Part shown: piece by piece, positions 58,591-64,000 of the stretch | Layout: each line of letters starts with the position of its first letter | Position numbering within the stretch: position 1 is the first letter of the stretch | Source of the DNA: Candidatus Altimarinota bacterium | GTDB lineage: Bacteria > Patescibacteriota > Gracilibacteria > 1-14-2-50-48-13 | Assembly (NCBI GenBank): GCA_046314355.1 | Contig: JBKBWQ010000001.1 | Span: forward strand, 352,001-416,000 | Length of the DNA: 64,000 nucleotides | Direction of reading: 5' to 3' | Notes under the pieces: generated by a model | The model's database searches: none | What the model saw: the letters and a program-made list of their open reading frames with translations, nothing else | What the model was told of the DNA's origin: nothing | Program-made: the position numbers and the translations under genes

Positions 58591-59214
58591 ATGCTACAAG
58601 AGACAAAACCAGAAACATTTATTCCAATCGAAAGAGTGGAAAATATCGTAGGAGTTCCACTGGAGTGGAAAACATTTAAAACAGATGTTCTTAGGAACAC
58701 TGAACACGAGGAATATAATGTCGCCTTAATGAGGGCGGTGAGTCATTATATTGCACTCGGTATATACTTTCCTCCAAGTGCGTATGGGATCTATTTCGGT
58801 CCTGAGTATGAAGAAATGCTGACTGGTTTTATAAGTCTAGCTGAAAAAACTAATCAGGTAAAGTACCCGAAAGTCCCTTCAGATCAGATATGTTTTGAAG
58901 CACATGCGAATGGAGGGTACCGCATAAGACTCTATCTTGCAGAGACTTGTGAGAACAAAGAAATCTTTCTCACTGACATTTTCCTGGGAACAGCAGAAGG
59001 AAAGGAAAGTCTTGGGAATGGGATCTTTGACACTATACTCAACAACATTGAAGCCTATGCGAAAGAAAATGGGTATACTCAGATAGGTCTCTTGGCTGCA
59101 TATGAGAGAAATATGCATTCATTTTCTAAAAGAGGGTATAGAGTCGACAATACTCCGATGGGTGAAGCTGCAAAAAAAACCAAACAAGGGTATCCGATGA
59201 CAAAGATACTTTAA
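58591..59214 (+). CDS. Protein with C-terminal GNAT-like domain
   Basis: GNGIFDTIL..IEAYAKENGY..IGL, FSKRGY; AGGAGG RBS. Confidence 0.65.
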   Translation: MLQETKPETFIPIERVENIVGVPLEWKTFKTDVLRNTEHEEYNVALMRAVSHYIALGIYFPPSAYGIYFGPEYEEMLTGFISLAEKTNQVKYPKVPSDQICFEAHANGGYRIRLYLAETCENKEIFLTDIFLGTAEGKESLGNGIFDTILNNIEAYAKENGYTQIGLLAAYERNMHSFSKRGYRVDNTPMGEAAKKTKQGYPMTKIL

Positions 59215-59267
59215 CAAAATCCTATAAGCGGTACTTCTATAGTACCGCTTATTTTTGCACAGCGTTT

Positions 59268-59963
59268 CTACTTCATTTGAAAACTCTTCACAACACGGTC
59301 ATCTTCCGCAGAACTCACACTTGAAGACATCATATATATTTTCTGCTTCTTTTCATCAAGGATAAATATATAACTTGCTTCCCAAAGAGTGCCGTCTGCC
59401 TGCAGTGAAAGGGCAGTAGCTTTCTTTGCTTTTAAACCTGCAATCTCTACCTCTTCGACACTCCGTCTCGTATTCTCAAACTGACTTCCGATAGATCTGA
59501 TGAGCTCTTCTATTGTGATACTATTAGCATTATAGCAGGATACAGAAAATCTTATTTCCATCCCAGCTGGTACATTTACAGTACATCCGTCCGCAGACTG
59601 CTCCATCTTGATATCACCCTTATCACTCTGAGGAAAATACAATGAGTAATAATCATTCTCAAAGGACTGCCAAAGCCGAGAACCAAGATTATTCTCATAT
59701 CTATTATTCTGATAAAATTTCAAAAGAACATTTGCAAGCTCCGCACGGTTGACATAGTCACCTGCACGGAAAGTCCCGTCTTTAAACCCAGACATGAGAG
59801 AATGCAGAGTAGCAAAGACAATACCGTCATTGTACCAAGGTGCTTCGTCATTCTCCATACGCTCAGCTTGGAGATTGAGATCTTTGTACGGCTGCTCAAA
59901 ATTAGCCGCCTGGGCAGTGAAGGGAACTAAGAGTAAAAGCGTGAGTAGTAGAAGTTTCTTCAT
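59268..59963 (-). CDS. Secreted SLH protein with PsbP-like C-terminal domain
   Basis: Signal peptide; GFKDGTFR...VNRAELA; YSLYFP...EVEIAGLKA...SFQ. Confidence 0.7.
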   Translation of the reverse strand: MKKLLLLTLLLLVPFTAQAANFEQPYKDLNLQAERMENDEAPWYNDGIVFATLHSLMSGFKDGTFRAGDYVNRAELANVLLKFYQNNRYENNLGSRLWQSFENDYYSLYFPQSDKGDIKMEQSADGCTVNVPAGMEIRFSVSCYNANSITIEELIRSIGSQFENTRRSVEEVEIAGLKAKKATALSLQADGTLWEASYIFILDEKKQKIYMMSSSVSSAEDDRVVKSFQMK

Positions 59964-60098
59964 ATCTTTACAAATATTTTCGATGTTATAAATAGCTAGA
60001 TTATTTATAGCTCAAGTATGGGTATGTTTTCAAGCTAAGCTTTATTTTTCGGAGGCAAGATCAAGAAACGAGATATGAGACGTAATTCTATAGCCTGT

Positions 60099-60629
60099 TT
60101 AAACATTTGAGTCAAATAACATCTCCTCCACAGGAATAGAAAAAAGATGCTCCTCATTATACTCAATTGGCAGATTCTCCAGTTTTCCTGAAAATACAAA
60201 TCCATGCTTAAGGTAAAATCTTTTTGCACTTTCATTATAGGTTGCTACGTCCAAAGCAATCACTTTGCCTTTATAAAGTTCCTTCACTTTCTCAAGTAAA
60301 CCACTTCCAATACCCATACTTATAAATTCTGGGAGTAAATAAATCGCTCCGACTCTATATCTTCCAAACTGATCTTGTCTAGGTGCAACATATCCAATTA
60401 CTTCATGTTGCTTTTCAGCAACCCATACACCTCTCGTCTTTCCATCAGCAGAAGCAATTATCTTTTCCCACTGCAGTTGACGTTTGAGCATATCTGAAAA
60501 GAATATTTCCAATTTTTCCACCGTAATTCCTAAAGCATCATTTCTATATGTATTACTCCAACTTGTTTTTTGGATAGCTGAGATAGCAGGGGCATCTTCA
60601 GTGACCGCTTTTCGGATGTAGTAGTCCAT
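60099..60629 (-). CDS. GNAT acetyltransferase
   Basis: IRKA..EDA, AIYLLPE...GIGS.LL, NESAKRFYLKHGF. Confidence 0.88.
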   Translation of the reverse strand: MDYYIRKAVTEDAPAISAIQKTSWSNTYRNDALGITVEKLEIFFSDMLKRQLQWEKIIASADGKTRGVWVAEKQHEVIGYVAPRQDQFGRYRVGAIYLLPEFISMGIGSGLLEKVKELYKGKVIALDVATYNESAKRFYLKHGFVFSGKLENLPIEYNEEHLFSIPVEEMLFDSNV

Positions 60630-60689
60630 GGGTTTTAGTGAAAAATAATAGTTATAGATTTAAACTGAGTATAATGTTTTGGAAAATAA

Positions 60690-61460
60690 CTAATTCCAGT
60701 AAAACTCTACAAATCCTGTAGATTCAAGTGCTAACGCATACTGCTGTAGAGCAAGAGTAGATCCATGCTCGGTATCATATGCCATATCCACAGTATCGGG
60801 GGAATACTTATAGATCGTTTGCGCCAGCATTTGGGCTTCACTTTTAGTAAGAGAAGTCAAAAATTGTAAATGCAGTGTATCCGGAGAGAGAAAAAGTATT
60901 CTAAAAGATTTATTCTCATACCATTTTTTATATAAAGCAGAGTATTCCTTTATATATTCCTCAGAACCATCAGGGGAAGGACAGATAACTTGAAGTAAAT
61001 CCAGTGGATACTTTGATTTTAAGAAGAGAAGAGCATAACCAGTTTCATTAGGGTAATGTGAGAGATCACAAACGCTTACTGAATAGTCCTGTAATTCGGG
61101 ATCTTTAGAGTAATACTCTGCGATTTTTTGTAATTCTGATTGTATATCAGGATCTCCGGAAACAGTACGTGCAGTTTTGGAAAAACTAAGCATGATACCT
61201 GGCAGTACTTTATCAGGAGAAAGTGAAAAGAATGGGGAAGTGTGTATTTCTTCCACTTTACCTGAGGTTTTATATTTTACTTTCTTTAATACCTCAGTAG
61301 AGAAACCATTATCCTCAGCAATTTTTAGTTCTTCTTTCTTTAGAAAATGTTTCTGTAGTCTCTGCTTATCTTTATGTGCTCCAATATCTAGTAATGTACT
61401 AATGTATTTTAATACTCCCAGTACAAGGACCAGAATAAGTCCGTTTAAAAGCATGTGCAT
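60690..61460 (-). CDS. DUF4253-like protein with N-terminal TM
   Basis: KKWYE...DTLHLQF...A..LA...YSPDTVD...FYWN. Confidence 0.65.
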   Translation of the reverse strand: MHMLLNGLILVLVLGVLKYISTLLDIGAHKDKQRLQKHFLKKEELKIAEDNGFSTEVLKKVKYKTSGKVEEIHTSPFFSLSPDKVLPGIMLSFSKTARTVSGDPDIQSELQKIAEYYSKDPELQDYSVSVCDLSHYPNETGYALLFLKSKYPLDLLQVICPSPDGSEEYIKEYSALYKKWYENKSFRILFLSPDTLHLQFLTSLTKSEAQMLAQTIYKYSPDTVDMAYDTEHGSTLALQQYALALESTGFVEFYWN

Positions 61461-61713
61461 AAAGCAACAAAAATGTAATAAATTTTTATTAAAATATACT
61501 ATTTCTTTTATTTTGCAACGTCTATCTATTCAAAGATTTATTTCAATTTCGCTGAGGTTCACATAACTATATTTCAATACCTTAATTAACAAATTCTAAC
61601 TTTTGAGATTTTTCTAGCATAGCTTTCTCTTTCTCGGAAATATAGAAAATACACATATCATCATATTCTGCTTAATTAAAAAATGCCGGGTTAATACCCG
61701 GCATAACTTTCAA

Positions 61714-64000
61714 CTACATCCCGCTCCCTTGCACCATTCCATCATTACCTCCACCCTTCACACTTGGATTCGCAGCCCGTATCTCTTCAAATATCATTCT
61801 CGCAGTCATCTCAGCAGCATCTGAGAATACAATAAACTGTCCATTCGTATTTGTGAGTACACCCGCATCAGCAATCTTATCTTTACGGAGCAGGGAAGCA
61901 ATATTCTTGATCTCATCCATCGTCGCATCGCCCATATTCTTTTCAATAAACTTCAGCCCATTTTTATCAATAACTTCCTTTGCAAATTCCTGGATACTTC
62001 CAGCAGCAGCCTTCATTTTGAGCTCAGCAGTCAGCACTTCAAAATCTTTGATCACTTGTTTCTGAGTCTTAAGACGCTCAACAACTTCTTCTATTTTACC
62101 AACCTTGAGTTCATTCATAATACCTTTTACATAATTACCCTCCATTATCAGGTAATCATAGACACTTCGTCCACAGATCATCTCCACTCGGCGTATTCCG
62201 GAAGCCACAGAGGATTCTTTGATAATCTTTGCGATACCGATCTCTGAAGTATTGGAGACATGTGTTCCTCCGCAAAGTTCTGTAGAGACACTCTCTCCTA
62301 TAGTAATTACACGTACAGTCTCACCGTACTTTTCAGTAAATAATCCGATAGCTCCTCTTTCCTTTGCTTCATTCATAGAAAGCTCCTCTTTCTTTACAGG
62401 AAGCCATGCATTGATGAGTTCATTTACCCGGAACTCGATACTATTTAACTGCTGCTCTGTAAGCGCTTTTGGATAGTTGAAGTCAAAACGCATGCGGGCA
62501 GCATCCACATATGATCCAGCCTGATCTGCACCATCACCCAAGACTTCGTGAAGTGCTAGATGGAAAAGATGGGCCCCCGTATGATGAGCCATGATTCTTC
62601 GTCTTCTTTCTTCATTGATATACATGGAGATTGATTCGCCCTCCTTTATGCGCACTGTACTTTCATTACAAAAATGTACCCAAACACCGTCGTATTTCTG
62701 TGTATCAGTGACCACAAGTACATCATTAGCCTGCATGGCATCTGGTGTAATTACACCTGTATCTCCCACCTGACCTCCGCCTTCAGCGTAGAATACAGAC
62801 TTATCAGTAATGATTGCCATCTCTTCATTCTCGAGAGGGATTACTTTCAGCACTTTTGCTCCTTCGAGACTCATTCTCTTTGAATCTTCTCCATACCCAA
62901 GAAACTCTGTCTTTGGAAGATCAGTAAGCTCAGTCTGCACTGCTTCGCGACCTCGTGTAAACATTCCTTTTGCTCCTTCACGGCTTCGTTCTTTTTGAGA
63001 CTCCATAGAGAATGTATATTCATCCATATCTACCTCTACATCCTCTTTCTTTGCGATCTCAAGTGTAAGGGAGACAGGGAAGCCAAAGGTATCATACAGT
63101 TTAAACGCTTCAGCACCTGGAATTACTCTAGATTCATTTCTTACTGCGTTCTGGATCAGCTCAGTAAGCATCTTTTGTCCCTTTTCAATAGTCTCTAGAA
63201 ATTTTTCTGTCTCGAGTTCGATGGTATTTTTAATAATAGTCTTTCTACTTCGGAGCTCTGTATAATGCTCGCCAAGTATGCCGTCTACAATATCCACTAG
63301 GGAAGTGAGCTCCACCTTTGTACCTTCAGGAAGAAGGCTCTTCATATTATATATAGCTCTTCTTATAAGTCTTCGGAGAACATATCCGCGTCCTTCATTT
63401 GAAGGAGCCACACCATCGCCGATCATTACAGAAGCAGCACGGATGTGGTCAGCAACTATTCTAATACTCTTCGTAACCGCTCTTTCTTCATCTGTCAGCT
63501 CTTCCTCTTTTTTAGAGAAAGGAGCATATTTCATCCCAGACATTTTCTCTATTGTCTCAATAATAGGTCTAAAGAGATCAGTCTCAAATACTGTAGAATG
63601 ACCATTGAGGACCATAGTGATTCTCTCTAGTCCCATTCCTGTATCAACATTCTGCTTCGCAAGTTTTGTAAAATTTCCTTCGCCGTCGCAGTAAAACTGC
63701 ATAAATACATTATTCCAGATCTCAAGATACTTATCACAGTCACATCCCGGTTTACAGTTATCTCCGTTTTCACACTTCGGTCGTCCCGTATCATAATAGA
63801 TCTCTGTATCAGGTCCGCATGGTCCTTTGGCACCATAAGTGGGCCACCAGTTATCACCAGCAGCAAGAGGGAAGATGCGCTCTCTTGGAATTCCGTTATC
63901 TATCCAATATTGTATAGACTCCTCATCAAGCGGTACCGCATCCTGACCTTCAAATACAGTTACAAAAAGTTTTTCAGGAGCAATATGAAGGTGTTGTGTT
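61714..64000 (-). CDS. alaS: Alanine-tRNA ligase (5' end outside the window)
   Basis: Frame open to the window edge (DNWW, GPCGPDTEIYYD); DTGMGLER, PSNEGRGYVLRR, LYDTFGFP, HHTGAH, ELCGGTHV. Confidence 0.97.
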   Translation of the reverse strand, partial: TQHLHIAPEKLFVTVFEGQDAVPLDEESIQYWIDNGIPRERIFPLAAGDNWWPTYGAKGPCGPDTEIYYDTGRPKCENGDNCKPGCDCDKYLEIWNNVFMQFYCDGEGNFTKLAKQNVDTGMGLERITMVLNGHSTVFETDLFRPIIETIEKMSGMKYAPFSKKEEELTDEERAVTKSIRIVADHIRAASVMIGDGVAPSNEGRGYVLRRLIRRAIYNMKSLLPEGTKVELTSLVDIVDGILGEHYTELRSRKTIIKNTIELETEKFLETIEKGQKMLTELIQNAVRNESRVIPGAEAFKLYDTFGFPVSLTLEIAKKEDVEVDMDEYTFSMESQKERSREGAKGMFTRGREAVQTELTDLPKTEFLGYGEDSKRMSLEGAKVLKVIPLENEEMAIITDKSVFYAEGGGQVGDTGVITPDAMQANDVLVVTDTQKYDGVWVHFCNESTVRIKEGESISMYINEERRRRIMAHHTGAHLFHLALHEVLGDGADQAGSYVDAARMRFDFNYPKALTEQQLNSIEFRVNELINAWLPVKKEELSMNEAKERGAIGLFTEKYGETVRVITIGESVSTELCGGTHVSNTSEIGIAKIIKESSVASGIRRVEMICGRSVYDYLIMEGNYVKGIMNELKVGKIEEVVERLKTQKQVIKDFEVLTAELKMKAAAGSIQEFAKEVIDKNGLKFIEKNMGDATMDEIKNIASLLRKDKIADAGVLTNTNGQFIVFSDAAEMTARMIFEEIRAANPSVKGGGNDGMVQGSGM

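Overview
Chromosomal window of a small-genome bacterium read in standard code 11. It is most likely CPR/Patescibacteria (Peregrinibacteria/Gracilibacteria-like); this is inferred from the many SLH proteins, a sortase, weak Shine-Dalgarno signals and the overall gene set. 1-18 kb is mostly housekeeping (GT4 end, mutS, pyrG, sortase, recO, ftsX, galU, Hsp20, recA/recX, DivIC-like, tRNA-Met, rlmI, rlmD). 18-37.4 kb is an accessory tract of small stress and alkylation-repair genes plus SLH surface proteins, including an SLH-GH44 glycanase. 37.6-47.4 kb is an AT-rich island integrated by a large serine recombinase into the 3' end of tRNA-Ile2(CAT). It carries an ABC-ATPase-TOPRIM (PARIS/OLD-like) gene, an apparently effector-less Avs2-like STAND ATPase, a relic of a second recombinase, a TerS-like ORF and a cloverleaf leader RNA. 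The recombinase C-terminus is switchable: it is read from the tRNA antisense strand when integrated, and an alternative in-frame tail lies at the far junction. 47.5-64 kb holds tRNA-fMet, an ECF sigma module, TMEM43, a tandem cyclase, small accessory genes and the 3' part of alaS. Non-coding highlights are a ~280-bp structured element fused to the CCA end of both Met tRNAs, three copies of a ~95-bp periodic palindrome, and sigma70-like promoters that repeatedly show 16-bp spacers. All product calls come from motif recognition by eye; no searches were run.
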